Part shown: positions 39,621-53,348 of the stretch, one piece after another
Layout: each line of letters starts with the position of its first letter
How positions within the stretch are numbered: position 1 is the stretch's first letter
Source of the DNA: Carcharhinus longimanus
Taxonomy: Eukaryota
DNA length: 63,086 bases
Direction of reading: 5' to 3'
Assembly: GCA_030264375.1 (NCBI GenBank)
Contig: JASCQW010000072.1
Coordinates: forward strand, 47,543,394 to 47,606,479
Program-made: the position numbers and the translations under genes
Notes under the pieces: generated by a model
Database searches by the model: none
The model's input: only the letters and a program-made list of their open reading frames with translations
What the model was told of the DNA's origin: nothing

Positions 39621-41042
39621 TAAGCTTCCTGTGATCCAATTACTTCTAATTATACCGGATTAGCTCTCACTCTGAGCACTGCAATACGTCAACTTTATCA
39701 TTGTATTATTGCAGGTCCTTTCCAGTGAAGTTCTGCCCAAGCTGTTTTCATTCCGCAATTGCAGTGTCCATGCAAAGAAATAGAAGCAGAAAGGAAAATC
39801 GAGAAAGAAGTTTAAGACTGTTCATTTCTAAGTATGTCTAACAACAATTGACTATCCATAAATCCAACATTCATTAAAAGTATAAAAGCTGGGTAAGAAA
39901 TATCAATTTATTAAATTGTTCCCTTCCTGGGTCAAACTGGGTGATTTACTAATGCTCCTGCAATTTCAAGGAGGAAAAGATTGGCATTTATTTAGCACTT
40001 TTCGTGGTCACTGGGCATCGTAAAGAAGTACATATGAAGTGTAGTCACTGTTTCTAATGTTACAATTGCAGTCTAAATGTACCCGAGAATTACTTTAGAT
40101 ATAGTTTCAGATTTATATCCTGACAACATAACCCATAGCCCACAGACTCAGGGAGCACAATATTCCTTGCTGTGTGGCAGTTCCATGACAATGACAATCT
40201 GTATTTATGTAATTCCATTAATATAAGGAAATGTCTCAATACAATTTTGATAGCACTTGGCTTTAATTTTTTCCCATTCTTTTCAGCCTCAAAATGATAG
40301 TCTTGCTCAGCTGTATAAAATGCAAGTAAATCATGAGGAAGGCTCCAGCTGAATGTTAGAACTCTTAATTTGATTGATAATTCGGCTGGCTCCAAATGGA
40401 TCCCTCCAATGGAATTGTACTGCCCTCAAGTGCATGTGACAGGTTATCCCCTTGAAGATTCCTCTTGAAGGAACACAAGGGACCCATGCATCTGTGCTAA
40501 GAAAACGATAGTCATCCAGGTTCGACAACTTAGATCATTGGACATGCATAAAGCTTAGGGAGTGAAATAATAACATTAAAAGGCTAGACGGAAGGGTAAT
40601 CACTTAACATTGAAGTTCATCTCTACCTTTTGCTATAGCGTGACGCAGCTGTAGAGCCTCAACAAAGTCACATATACAGCTGCAGAATAAACAGAGCTTA
40701 ATTCAGTCTTTGGATCTGGATTCCACTGAATAAGCAAACTTATTCTCTGTATCTGCAGCAGTAAACAGGTGGAATGCTGATGGATTTTTTGCGCTTTTCT
40801 CCACTATTATAATTTATTGTCCGCATTTGTTACTTGAACTGCGACAACAATGCAAACTGCCCACCAAATGTTTCAGTATTATTCAATCATGTTCCAGTTG
40901 CCCATTAATATTGACAAGAACACAAGAGATGCAAATAAAGACGGCAGAGAACACTGGTGACATTGGCTTTTGTGAAATGCCGCACCCAAGAAAAAAAAAT
41001 AAGCCGTGGTTGCATTTTACTGGAGAAAGAAAACTTAGTTAC

Positions 41043-41055
41043 CTTATTCATAAAA
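41043..41055 (-). other. Candidate 13-nt upstream microexon containing ATG AAT AAG
   Basis: cctgcttttcctctccctctttgtttgcag|TTTTATGAATAAG|gtaact. Phase 0, in frame with exon 22870-22984. Confidence 0.45.
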
Positions 41056-42152
41056 CTGCAAACAAAGAGGGAGAGGAAAAGCAGGCCAATTTAAGGGGGG
41101 AAACAAAAGAATACCCAGCATTTAATTTTATTCATCTCATGACTGGACTGTTCAGATTTTTTTCCATGGTTATACAATCAGCTGATCATTATTGACACCA
41201 ACTCTGATCCATGAGGCCCATACATTGGACACGAAAACAAATTCATTTACTTCACATTCTTTCTGTAAACCTCTGATATTAACATGTTTTATCAGTATGT
41301 GATAGCAAATTGCATTTTTTTTAAAACCCAACACTACAACATAATAGCTCAAAATGCTACCACCTCCAATAAGTTAACAACATTATGCTAACCACAGTTA
41401 AGTATGGCATGAAATGTAACAGAAAAGTTAAACACACTTTGACCATTTAATTTGTACTTTTAAAATATCTTTTAAACTGTCTTTGCAGTTACCATGAAAA
41501 ACTAAATTCAGCTCAAAATACTAACTCACAGTGTGGTTTTTGCTGAAACAATACCAAAGACTTTGGCAAATGTCTGCTGGTGAAAGTTCTCATTGTCTGC
41601 ACTACTCTAGCATAATCTGCAAATACACTTTCGTAAATGTTATTAGAAATAACAATGTATTCTTTTGGTGCTAGGGAAGAAAAATGGAATTTTTCAGTAC
41701 CGCTGGACTAAAAGCTGTACCGTTAAGTCTCCAAAGCACCAATCTAAGTATCCTCTATAAACATGCCAACTTGGGAAATTCAGATTTTAAAATTATTGTC
41801 AATAAGTAGGTGGAATGTTTATTTACTGTTAATGCTTCTGCAAAAAGTTATTCATATTTCAATGTTCTCTGAAAAAGAATCATGTTCAGAAAGATAGCAC
41901 ATACAGCAAACTGTTCTAGCATGACATTTATTTTGATCAGTAAAATACAGAATGGAAAGTTTAAGAACTCTAACCACAGCACAGCCCTGACTTTGTTGCT
42001 AATTTAACGGTGAGTTTACTGACGCTCGCCATTATTAATGTACAAATCATCCAGCAACTTGCACTGAAATACCAAGATTGATTAATTATCCCATTTATAA
42101 GATAATTTTATCACTCCATTAACCTCCTGAAAATTGACCCCACCCTCCTATG

Positions 42153-42340
42153 AGGGGTCGGTTTAGCTCAATTGGCTAGCCAGCTGGTCAGTGATGCAGA
42201 GTGATGCCAACTGCACAGGTTCAAATCCTGTACTGGCTGAGGTTACTTGTGCCTTATCGACTTTGTCCCTTGAAAAAAATGTGATGATCATCAAGTTAAA
42301 TTATCACCAGTCACAGCCTATGGGACTACATTACCTTCAC
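42153..42340 (+). mobile_element. tRNA-derived SINE
   Basis: A-box tagctcaattgg and B-box ggttcaaatcc. Confidence 0.6.
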
Positions 42341-42431
42341 CCATAGAATCAAAGAAATTGCTGCATTTTCACATTACTTGCCTTTTATGGCTGGAACATA
42401 ATTGTATAAGTATCTTTTTAATAAGATGCAG

Positions 42432-42870
42432 AGCCATGGCTCAGTTGGGGATGAGCCAAGTAAGTGTCTCTTAAGTTAAAAAGTTATGGGGTTCAAGGGT
42501 CACCCCCGGATTTGAGATTTCAAAAACATCAAGGTTGACACTCCAGTGCAGCAGTGAAGGAATGCTGCACTGTCAGAGACATTGTTTTTCCGATGAGGAC
42601 TCTGCCCCTTTAGCTGTGATCCCATGACATTATTTCGAAGGTGGGCAAGCAAGCTAACCCGGTGTCTTGTCCAATATGTTCCCTCAACCAACATAAAAAA
42701 CAAATGATCCAGTTATTATTGCATTGTCGTTTGTGTAACTTTCTGTGCATAAACTGATCACCACTTAAACTACATCACAAACAATGGCTACACTTCAAAA
42801 GTATTTCAATGGTTGTAAATCAGACATCTGATGTGCATGAAAGGTGCTATACAAAATGTTAGTCTTCTTT
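42432..42870 (+). mobile_element. Deu-domain SINE
   Basis: tggctcagttggg head, ttgacactccagtgcag...gctgcactgtcagag, gatcccatgacattatttcgaag, tail gaaaggtgctatacaaaatg. Confidence 0.7.
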
Positions 42871-43309
42871 TATTCTGTTATTTGTGTTTTGGTAATGTCA
42901 AACAACCACTCTGGCCCAGAAAAAGTAAAATAAAAGTAAAGTTTATTTATTACTCACAAGGGTGGCTTAAATTAACACTGCAATGAAGTTACTGTGAAAT
43001 TTCCCTAATGAAAGGGAGCAATTTAATAAATTTGCACAGATTACCCGTAGCCTCCTGTGTGTGAGCTGCTGTTCAGACAGGATATAAGCCTAAACTTTCA
43101 TAGGACAGCAAGTTATGGAAGTTCTGTATTTGCAAAATGAAAAGCCCAAAAGATGCAAATGATAACTTTTGGGAACCGATTAAACAAAGGGCGAGTAAAA
43201 ATTAAGTTCTGAAAGCAGATGTGGTAAGAAATTGCAATTTGGTACATGATCATCAGATCTTTATATGGAATTAGGTGACTGCATCAGCTGCCAAAGCTCA
43301 TCAACTCTT

Positions 43310-43862
43310 CTAAGCATTCTTTCTGGTTGTATCACAGCTTGGTATAGCTCCTGCTCTGCCCAAGACTGCAAGAAACTACAAAAGGTCGTGAATGTAGCCC
43401 AATTCATCATGCAAACCAGCCTCCCATCCATTGACTCTGACTACACTTCCTGCTGCCACAGCAAAGCAATCAGTATAATTAAGGACCCCCCTCACCCTGG
43501 ACATTCTCCCTTCGGGAAAAAGGCACAAAAGTCTGAGGTCGCGTACCAATCAACCCAAGAACAGCATCTTCCCTGCTGTCATCAGACTCTTGAATGGACC
43601 TACCTCACATTAAATTGTTCTTTTTCTACACCCTAGCAATTACTGTAACATTACCGTAGAACCCCAAGTGCAGAAACAGGCCCTTCGGCCCATCAAGTCT
43701 GCACCGACCACAATCCCACCCAGGCCCTATCCCCGTATCTCTACACATTACATTCTGCACTGTCTCGTTTCCTTCTCTATGAATGATGTTTTGTCTGTAT
43801 AGCACACAAGAAACAATACTTTTCACTGTATGTTAATACATGTGACAATAATAAATCAAATC
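43310..43862 (+). mobile_element. Rex1/Babar-type LINE 3' end with nested HE1 tail (43657-43740, minus)
   Basis: SILSGCITAWYSSCSAQDCKKLQKVVNVA...IIKDPPHPGH; tail aataaatcaaatc. Confidence 0.8.
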
Positions 43863-44599
43863 NNNNNNNNNNNNNNNNNNNNNNNNNNNNNNNNNNNNNN
43901 NNNNNNNNNNNNNNNNNNNNNNNNNNNNNNNNNNNNNNNNNNNNNNNNNNNNNNNNNNNNNNNNNNNNNNNNNNNNNNNNNNNNNNNNNNNNNNNNNNNN
44001 NNNNNNNNNNNNNNNNNNNNNNNNNNNNNNNNNNNNNNNNNNNNNNNNNNNNNNNNNNNNNNNNNNNNNNNNNNNNNNNNNNNNNNNNNNNNNNNNNNNN
44101 NNNNNNNNNNNNNNNNNNNNNNNNNNNNNNNNNNNNNNNNNNNNNNNNNNNNNNNNNNNNNNNNNNNNNNNNNNNNNNNNNNNNNNNNNNNNNNNNNNNN
44201 NNNNNNNNNNNNNNNNNNNNNNNNNNNNNNNNNNNNNNNNNNNNNNNNNNNNNNNNNNNNNNNNNNNNNNNNNNNNNNNNNNNNNNNNNNNNNNNNNNNN
44301 NNNNNNNNNNNNNNNNNNNNNNNNNNNNNNNNNNNNNNNNNNNNNNNNNNNNNNNNNNNNNNNNNNNNNNNNNNNNNNNNNNNNNNNNNNNNNNNNNNNN
44401 NNNNNNNNNNNNNNNNNNNNNNNNNNNNNNNNNNNNNNNCCAAATTAGTAAAATGGAAGATTTGTAATGTTATTTCACTAAGTTCCCTGGCAGAATTATA
44501 AGCAGATGTGGCAATGTATAATTCTACCAGCTTAATGCCAGGAAACTCTCTTCTCCAAGTACAAAGGTCACAGGCTCAGGTTTCCTGTCAGTAGTTGAG

Positions 44600-44960
44600 C
44601 ACATAAAACTTTGGCTGGCAGTAGTCAGTGCCAAGGGAAAGCTGCATTGACACAGGCAACTTCTTTCTGACAAGTTAAACTAAGGCCCTGTTTACGCACT
44701 CAAGCCAACAATCCAAAAGCACTATTTGAAGTAAAGCTGCTCTGGTGATGTCTTGGCCAATATTCATTCCTCAACCAGCATCACCAAAACAAAACAACTG
44801 GCCATTTAGCGAATGTTTGTGGGGCCTTGCACTGTCCAAAGTGGCTGCTCCATCTCCTACATTATAGCAGTGACTATATTACTAAAATACTTCAGTGGCT
44901 GTGAAACTTTCGGACACCCTGAAGTGTATGGAAGTGAAAGTGTACCAAGTAAATCAGAGT
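44600..44960 (+). mobile_element. Deu-domain SINE remnant
   Basis: gcactatttgaag...tcttggccaatattcattcctcaaccagcatcac...tacttcagtggctgtgaaac. Confidence 0.6.
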
Positions 44961-47900
44961 TATTTCTTCACAGATCTGGGTTAATTATACTTGTTCAAAC
45001 TCCAGGGATGAAACTGCTGGTGACTCAGCCAGACATGTCAAGTGTTTAAAAAAATGTCCCCTCCTTACAGGCAGAGCCAGTGTCAGGTAAAAATGCTGTA
45101 ATTGGTGCCCAAATAGAAATCACTGGCGAATTTATTTGGGAATTTTTGGCATCTTCAGAACAGAGAAATCAATTTTGCAAAAACATTAAACATAGCTCTT
45201 TCCAAGTTGTACCCACTGATGAAATGTACAATTATTTTACCACCACTCTCTCCGTCATTAAGCCTCCCATCCCTACCTCTAATTTCCTTTCTGTATGTCT
45301 CTCAATGGCTACCATTTTATTCAGACTAAAGCTTTTTATTTTCCTTGTTCATTTGATAGACAAACTCTAGGCCTGACCAGCAGCAAAACAATCACCTTTC
45401 TGAAGATTTAAACACAGGGAGTTCTATCTGTGCAAGAGTTTCTTATGACTGGTCTTGAACTGGGTCGCAACAGCACAAGGTAACTTCTCTGCTGAAAGCC
45501 TTTAATCCATTTTTGAAAGAGGTATCTTCAATGGAATGAATATATGCATCCATAAATAAGTCTGAAAGCCTTTTCTCATTAGTTGAAATTTCCTCCCCCT
45601 CCATAAAGTAGGGCTATCTGTTTTTAAAAGTTTGGCTTAAATCTTGACAGAAATAACTGAACAGTTGTACAACTACTTACATGCTTCATTACCTTACGCC
45701 AGCTCCTTAAGGCTAAATTATGAACAACAGTTGAGGAAATTTGTCAGAACACAAAAGCTGCAGATTAATAACTACTTTTTAAGCACTAACACTGCAAAAA
45801 AGGTCAATTTAAACCTGCTTTTAGTTTTCATCAACAAAGCTTTAATTAACAAGCAAACTAAAGCTCTTCAAAAATCATCAGTTACCTGGGTGGCAAAACT
45901 GACCCACTATTACACATCTGAGGCATCAGACTTTGAAGTTCAATATAAAAACTTATCTGGCTTTTGTAACAGAAGATTCCACTCACAGGTTTTTGCCTTT
46001 ACACTAATAAACTGCAACACTACACCCACTACTGACTCGGGACAAAAAAAAAAGACACTTTCATACTTAAAAAGAAAGCAGAGCTTTCTAATTAACTGCC
46101 ATTATCTGGTAGTGCATGTCAAAGGTCGACTATGGGCAATGTGCTTTTGTACTATTTGTCACTCATTTGAAGTACAGAAGGGAGGAAAGATAAAAGCAGT
46201 TGTACGCTATTGGAGTCAGCATTATCAGCAGGTGCACAATCGCTGCAACTACAAGTATTGTGGGCAATGCAGCAACCACATCACTCTCAGAACCAGTGTA
46301 TTGCCAGCTTGAATTCTGCATTAACTTCCTATGGTTAGTGAGAACTAGGCCGTGAAAATATTTTTCTGTATAGCCAAACCATATGAATGGATTTTTTTTT
46401 GTTCATTTGGTGAATCTACCATTTTCTTAAACATATGCATTGTCATATGTGTAGAGGTTAAAGTACTAAAGAGCCATAAAACAAGTGGTGTCCATAGTAG
46501 GGGTCCAAATCTTGATACAATTGACATGTGCACTTTTTTTTTACACAATTTATCATAACTTCGAGATGCTAATCTACAAGATCATTGCTTTGGACAACTA
46601 TCTTCACTTACAGGTATCAAGTATACCAACAGTAACATATTTAGGGACTAAATGAGCTGACTCAAACTACTCATGCAGTTTTTAATATATGTGAAAATAA
46701 TTTCCATTTTTATTTGGATCAATTGTTTCTGTGGAATGTCAGAGAAAGAAGCTCGTACATCTCAAAAGGCATAAATTGCAAATGCTGTGCGTCATGACCA
46801 CGCACAAAATGGCAACATAACCTGACAGCATGATAGCTGTTGGTAAGCAGGACAAGAAGCAGGTCTTAACCTAAAAAGATCTTTGCCAATCTTACTTCCA
46901 CTGTGCAATGCCCCAAACTAGCAGAAGAGGAATGGATCACTGCTCTTTCTTCCCATAAATCACAGATATTAACTCAATTGGAGCAAAATGATGAATACTC
47001 CTGCTTATGCTCAGGTGGATTTCTGCAAAAGTGTACTGAATACTCCCCATAGGTTCCTGCAACAAGTACCATATTTTCAATTAGAAATTGCAGTACATAA
47101 TAAACATAGTCCTCTTTACTTCACTGTCCATTGCAGTCTTGTAGAAGGTCAATTTTCTTTCCAATTATTTATTCGCTGAGCAGAAAATGATTCCCTGATT
47201 ATTCTGCACTGATAAGGCAGGAGCAGACATAATAGAGAATATCTTGCAGTTGCTCGGGCCACTGGGCCAGAGTGGAACAGGTTGGTTATGCCATCAAGAT
47301 CAATATACTCAGATTGAAACTATTTTGACCAGGACCACGTTTGTCATGCCAAAGAAGACTAATGGTAAAATAGATTAATTTCGATGTTATGAAGAATTAA
47401 AATGAAAGAGTGTCTTTTAGGTAAGGCTCCAGAAGGCACCAAAGCCACTTTTTTTTTCAAATTTATGCTCATTTTTAGTGTAGATTTCACTTATTAATAT
47501 TGCTTAATATTGGTTGTCGCTGTCATGAAGCATTTTTCGGTTTCTTTTTTCCAAAAATATAACACTGACAACAGTCTAGTAATTCACCAGAAACCCACCT
47601 GTAACACAGATATTTCCAGTAGCTCAACAGAAGAGGGATTGAAATTTGGGGGAAACTGGAAAAGGCACTTCCAAAAAATCTCAGGGAACAAGGCCAGTAA
47701 ATTAAGGATCTCATAACAGACAGCAAAGCAAATTAAAACTAATCATCAGGATTGGTTTTGAAGCAACATCACTGCAGCACTTCGTACTTAAATGGTAAAA
47801 CATAAAAGGCTGTATTGCCAGAGCTGAATAAGCATCAGAGTCAGACATGCAACATTCACCATTTTACCATCAATCATACCAGAATGCCCTGACACATCTA

Positions 47901-50652
47901 TTTCACAAAGACTGAGAGGAACCAACTATTCAGAGTCCAGTCAGTTGCAGGCTTGCACTATCATCTGCCAATTTAACAATGCAGTTTGTAATCCAAGGTC
48001 ATTTTTTGCCTCTGTTATCTTTCAGAGAAGCAAAGAGGTTGACCAGCAGCATCAGCCAATGTGCTACCCACATCTTCACTGATGGCTGTTAATATCCGCT
48101 CCTCTCTCATTGAAGCACAGCAGCAGCCCAGCATGGATGCCCAAACTTAACTGCACTGAACCATCCTACATAAGGAGATCAATGATGGCAGCCATTTGAT
48201 CATCATGCTCATTTACTTTTACCACACATCCTGCACTGGGTTACAGTGATTTTGTGTGTCATGTTTGTCGAAGAGAGAATATGACAAGGTTTGCAAATTA
48301 CAACTTGGCGACTGCTCTGAACAATATATCACCTTTATGACCTGGGGAAATGTTCATGGAAGGCATTAAAAAAAAACTTACTCTTTATGTGCTTAACAAA
48401 ACACATACATTGCATTATCTCAAACACATCACAAGAAAATCTTCTTAGTTTCACATCACTTAGTAGACACGGCTCTATAATGTGGATTTACGCAGGGCTG
48501 GCTGTAATTGCAATTACTTGTAACCAATGTAAGAGGGAAAGACAAGGACCTCAGTTGTCTTTGATTTACGTATGAATAAATAATACAAAATAAACCTGGT
48601 GCTGTCACAATGGGGAAATCCTATTTTCAAAAGCCATACAATAACAAAAATGCATTAACATTGGTATTACAAGAATAGAACTTTTATAGTTCATACACAT
48701 CATGCCTTTTCAATAGCATTAAACTGAAGTGCAGCAGGAAAAAACCCCTGAAATCTTTTCAGATTGGCAAATGTTTCCTTTCCCACTGAGATGTCAGTTA
48801 ATACTGATGTTCAGCATCTGAAGAGAAAACTTGATGTTTATGCAGTCAAAGTTTTGCTACTTCATTTACAATCTTCACTAAACAGGATACAGATGCTCTT
48901 TTGAAAGCACTCCTTTCCTGTGCCAAAACCAAAACCTGCACAATGGCAGCCATGGCTGTAGTGCATGCCATATGGGACCACTGCAGGTGTAAATACTGTT
49001 AAATAATACTCACATAATTAGGTCCTTTTGTACATGCTTTCAAATGTCTCTGAATCAGTGGGCAACACAATGAAAAGCTTCTAAATTGGATTGCAAGAAA
49101 TCTATTAATTCAGCTGTTCACTGAAGTCGTCACGCTGAGGACTTCAAACTTTAAGATTTAGGTGTTTTTTCTGAAAGAAACCAACTAGCAAAAAGAAAAA
49201 AAACCCATCTACATGTACACAATGAAGCAGGATGCATTACCTTCTCCTTTAAAATGGTATTTAGTGTGTTTCAGGCTTCCCTACCATTCTCAGCCCACTC
49301 TAAATTCTGGTCTGCCACAATCTCTCAACCATCTCAGAAATAAATAGATAAAAGAACTAATCACAAATTTCAAAACAAGTCAGGTCAGTTCCCTTTGCCA
49401 AGCTGAAGCACTTTAAACTGACAGGGAGTGGAAAATGTTCATTTGCCAGCATCCAATTGGGAACGAGCAACACCTTTTGTTTTGTCTGGCTACTGGCATT
49501 TCCCAGCACTGTTGCTACCTTTTTGTTCGGCCGGAGTCAATGCAGAGAACAGCTTACTGTGACCTAAAATAAAACTTGTAATAATCTAAGAAACTGGCCT
49601 AAATAGCAAGCTCTGGAATCCCGTGATTACATCTCACAGTTTGATACAGATAAAAGGACACAGCAACAGATGAATAGGGAGGGCAAGTACTACTGAAATA
49701 GGGTGGCAGGGATGGTACAAAGTGAGGGTTATACTTAGTAACAAAACAAGGATAAAATACAAACTAATGTCTCACCACTTTTGTTCAGTATGACCACCTT
49801 GGCTTATCTTGTCATTGCACCCATCTATTATGCATTTCAAAAGTGAGCCAAATTGATGCTTGTTAAATAACGCACATGAAACAATTTTCTAATTCATGAC
49901 ACATTTAATCGATCATCAAATATCCTCATACCAAATTCAGAGTGTGCAGTTACTGATTGATAATTATTTTTCTTAATATGTCTTACTAGATTAGTTATGT
50001 TATAGAACAAATATATCGGCATGTAGGAAAGATGCCCTCAACTGTAAATGTTAAATAATCAGATCCAAAATTAGCAAGAGACAAATAAAGGCTGCAGATT
50101 TTCATAATTCCCACGTGTAGAAATCTTAAAATGCAAGACAGTGTTTTATTAGTTTTCAAGGCACAAGCCCTATGTAGACGTGGGCTTTGGACAATATGCT
50201 CTGCCACAAATGAACAGTCACATGCATCTTCAGCAATTCCAAGCCTCTGAAACCTTCACAGAGAATGAGGTTGCCAAGTCTCCTGCTGATCCACAATCCC
50301 CACCATCTGAATGCTGCCAAATACTCATTATTTAATGAAAGCAATTAACATTTGTCTCTGCTGATACATACTTTTGTCCAGTTGTGAAGAGGCTGTCCTT
50401 TACATGTCATGAAGTCACAAGGTTCTAAATGGTGTTTTGGTTGCAAAACTATCCCTACAGAGGCAATGTAAAGGAAGTTAACTCAAAACAAATCCTGACC
50501 AAAAAAGGTAATATTCTCTTGAATGCCTTGAAATATTATCCAATACAGTCTTCAGTTATTATATAGCACACATTGGTGTCAATGTGATTTACCCATTGTA
50601 CTTGGTAGAGAGTAAAGCCAAAAAGAAAAATGATCAATTTTTTTTAAATCAT

Positions 50653-52303
50653 GAAATCTCACTGATGATTCTTCCTCTTATTTGTTCACAATCGTATTCT
50701 GAACATTATCACTATGGTAACTGCAATTCAATGAGGCATGGAACAGCTGATTGAAATTTTTTGAAGACCTGATGTTCAGGCTCAGTAAAGCCTTTTACAT
50801 GTCAAAGTGGTAAATACTTACTGCACTACCCCAGTCGGTGTATCTAAAACGCTCTAAGCAGCGCCTTCAGAATTTACTCATATGGTGACAGAAATGGTCA
50901 CATCAACTATTGGCGCAAAGTATGGACATGCAAGTGGTGTGGATTGCAATACCAACTCTAGCTTTTGGGGAAATTGATAATGAGAAAGATAAAAGATGGC
51001 ATGTGCTCACAAATTTGAATATGCAGGATTAGTAATTATATTTAATTAAGTCTTGCAATAGCTGTGTTCTTAATACAAGTGGCGAGGATTAATAATGGAT
51101 AATCAGCATGGACTTGTTAAGGGAAAATCATGTTTCATGAACTTGATTGAATGTTTTAAGGAAGTAATAAGGAGGATTGACGAAGGCAGTGCAGCTGATG
51201 TGATTTACATGAATTTTAGCAACACATTTGACAAGGTCCCTATTGGCAGACTGGTTAAAAAATAAAAGTCCATGGGATCCAGGAGAATGTAGCAAGCAGG
51301 ATATAAAATTAGCTCAGTGGCAATAAAAAGTGTTGACGGATATTCCTGCAACTGGAAGACAGTTTCCAGTGGGATTCCATAGAGCTCAATACTCGGTCCC
51401 CTGCTTTTTGTAATGTATCTTAATAGTANNNNNNNNNNNNNNNNNNNNNNNNNNNNNNNNNNNNNNNNNNNNNNNNNNNNNNNNNNNNNNNNNNNNNNNN
51501 NNNNNNNNNNNNNNNNNNNNNNNNNNNNTGTAAGGGGGCATGATCAAAAAGTTTGCAGACCACAAAAACTGGCCATTAGTTGACATGGAGGAGAATAGAT
51601 GTAGACTGTGGCAAGATATCAATGGACGAGTCAGGTGGCCAGAAAAGTGGCAAATGGAAAAGTGAGAGATGGTGCAAATGGGGAAGTCAAACAAGGCAAA
51701 GGAATACATAAACGGGAAAATAGAGAGAGCTGTAGAAAAAGTGAGGAACCTTGGAGTGCATTTCCATAGATCCCGGAAGGTAACAGAACAGGTCAATGAA
51801 GCAATTAAGAAGGTATATAGAATCCTTTCATTTATTAGCTGAAGTAAAGAATATAAGAACAGGAAGATTCTACTGGAACTATTAGTTAGACATCTATCAC
51901 AAGACTTAGTTAAATATATTACTAACCCTATATATTTAAATCTGCAGGGACACACCATCTTTTATCTTTTTCATTATCAATTTCCCCAAAAGTTAGAGTT
52001 AGCACTGCAGTCCCCACCACTTGCATGCCCATACTTAGCGTCAATAGCTGAGGTGACCATTTCCGTCACCATATGAGTAAATTGTGAAGGCACTGCTTAG
52101 AGCGTTTTGGACACACCGACTGACTGGGTAGTGCGTAAGTATTTACCATTTTGACACGTAAAAGGCTTTGCTGAGCCTGAATGTCAGGTCTCCAAAAAAT
52201 TTCAATCATCTGCTCCATACCTCATTGATTCACAGTTACCTTGGTGATAATATTCAGAATATAATTGTGAACAAATAAGAGGAACAATCATCAGTGAGAC
52301 TTC
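50653..52303. repeat. Long diverged inverted repeat: arm 1 50653-51066, arm 2 ~51890-52303
   Basis: For example, 50751 ttgaaattttttgaagacctgatgttcaggctcagtaaagcc matches the reverse complement of 52164-52205. Colinear over ~415 bp with mostly transition differences. Confidence 0.95.
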
Positions 52304-53348
52304 CTGTGTACTGGTCAGCTCATTTCACAAAGGACGTCATTTCATTGGAGAGGGCACAGAGGAGATTTACAAGGATGTTGTCAAGTCTGGAGAAAACTGC
52401 ACTTACAGAGAAAAGATTGGATGACTGAGGTTGTCCTCCTTGGAACACCGAAGGCTAAAGGGAGATTCAACTGGGATGCAAAAAGTTGAGAGGGGTCTGG
52501 ATAGGGTGAATGGGAAGGGCTTGACAGAGAGGGTCAATGACTAAATGGCATAGATTTAAAATGATTGGTAGAAAGATTACAGGGGAGATGAGGAAAAATG
52601 TTTTCACCCAGAGGGTGGTGAGACTCTTTACTTAATGGAACATAATGACTTATCTTGTTTTAAAAAACACAGCTATCGTGAGACTTAAATCGGCAGAAAT
52701 TAGAACATAGAACACCACAGCACAAACAGGCCCTTCAGCCCACAAGTTGTGCTGATCACATCTATACCTACCAAGCCATAGAACTATCTGTAACTCCCAA
52801 TCCCATTTGATCCCATATACTCATCCAGAANNNNNNNNNNNNNNNNNNNNNNNNNNNNNNNNNNNNNNNNNNNNNNNNNNNNNNNNNNNNNNNNNNNNNN
52901 NNNNNNNNNNNNNNNNNNNNNNNNNNNNNNCTCCAAGATCCTTCTGCTCTTCAACACAGCTAAGACTCCTACCCTTGATATTGTACTCCTTCATCCCACT
53001 GGTCATTGGTCCTGCCAAAGATGGCAGTGCATCAATTGGTAAATTTTCATGATGCAAATTCACAACAAGATGGACCTGAATTAATTGGTCAGTTACTGTA
53101 ATTTTGGTGCAGATGATAAATATAAAGAAGAAGGGGCAAACTGTCTTTTTAAATAGAAAATTACCTTTACTGCTATAGTTTAAAAATGCAGAACAATGTA
53201 TATTACATAAACCTCTAAACTGGATATGCATCTCCATGGTACAGACCAAATGCTGGAAAGTGAGATTAAGCTGGATAGTTCATTTTTCAGCCAGCACAAA
53301 GATGATAGACCAAGCAGCTTTTTTCTGTGCTGTAAACATTCTATGATT
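51080..53348 (+). mobile_element. CR1/HER1 LINE (RT to 3' tail) carrying two captured flank segments and a nested minus-strand LINE end (52700-53018)
   Basis: QHGLVKGKSCFMNLIE, VIYMNFSNTFDKVP, KFADHK, FTQRVV motifs; tail ctgtaaacattctatgatt. Confidence 0.9.

Noticed and set aside
40090-40560. Adjacent minus-strand ORFs of 101 and 65 aa
   Set aside because: No recognisable motif or splice framing; possibly an old repeat.
43830-44501. Long ORFs spanning N runs (also at 16.2, 33.8, 35.4 and 52.8 kb)
   Set aside because: Artefacts of assembly gaps.
45644-46312. 222-aa plus-strand ORF
   Set aside because: Starts at TTG, is AT-rich, and has no recognisable domain or exon structure; probably chance.
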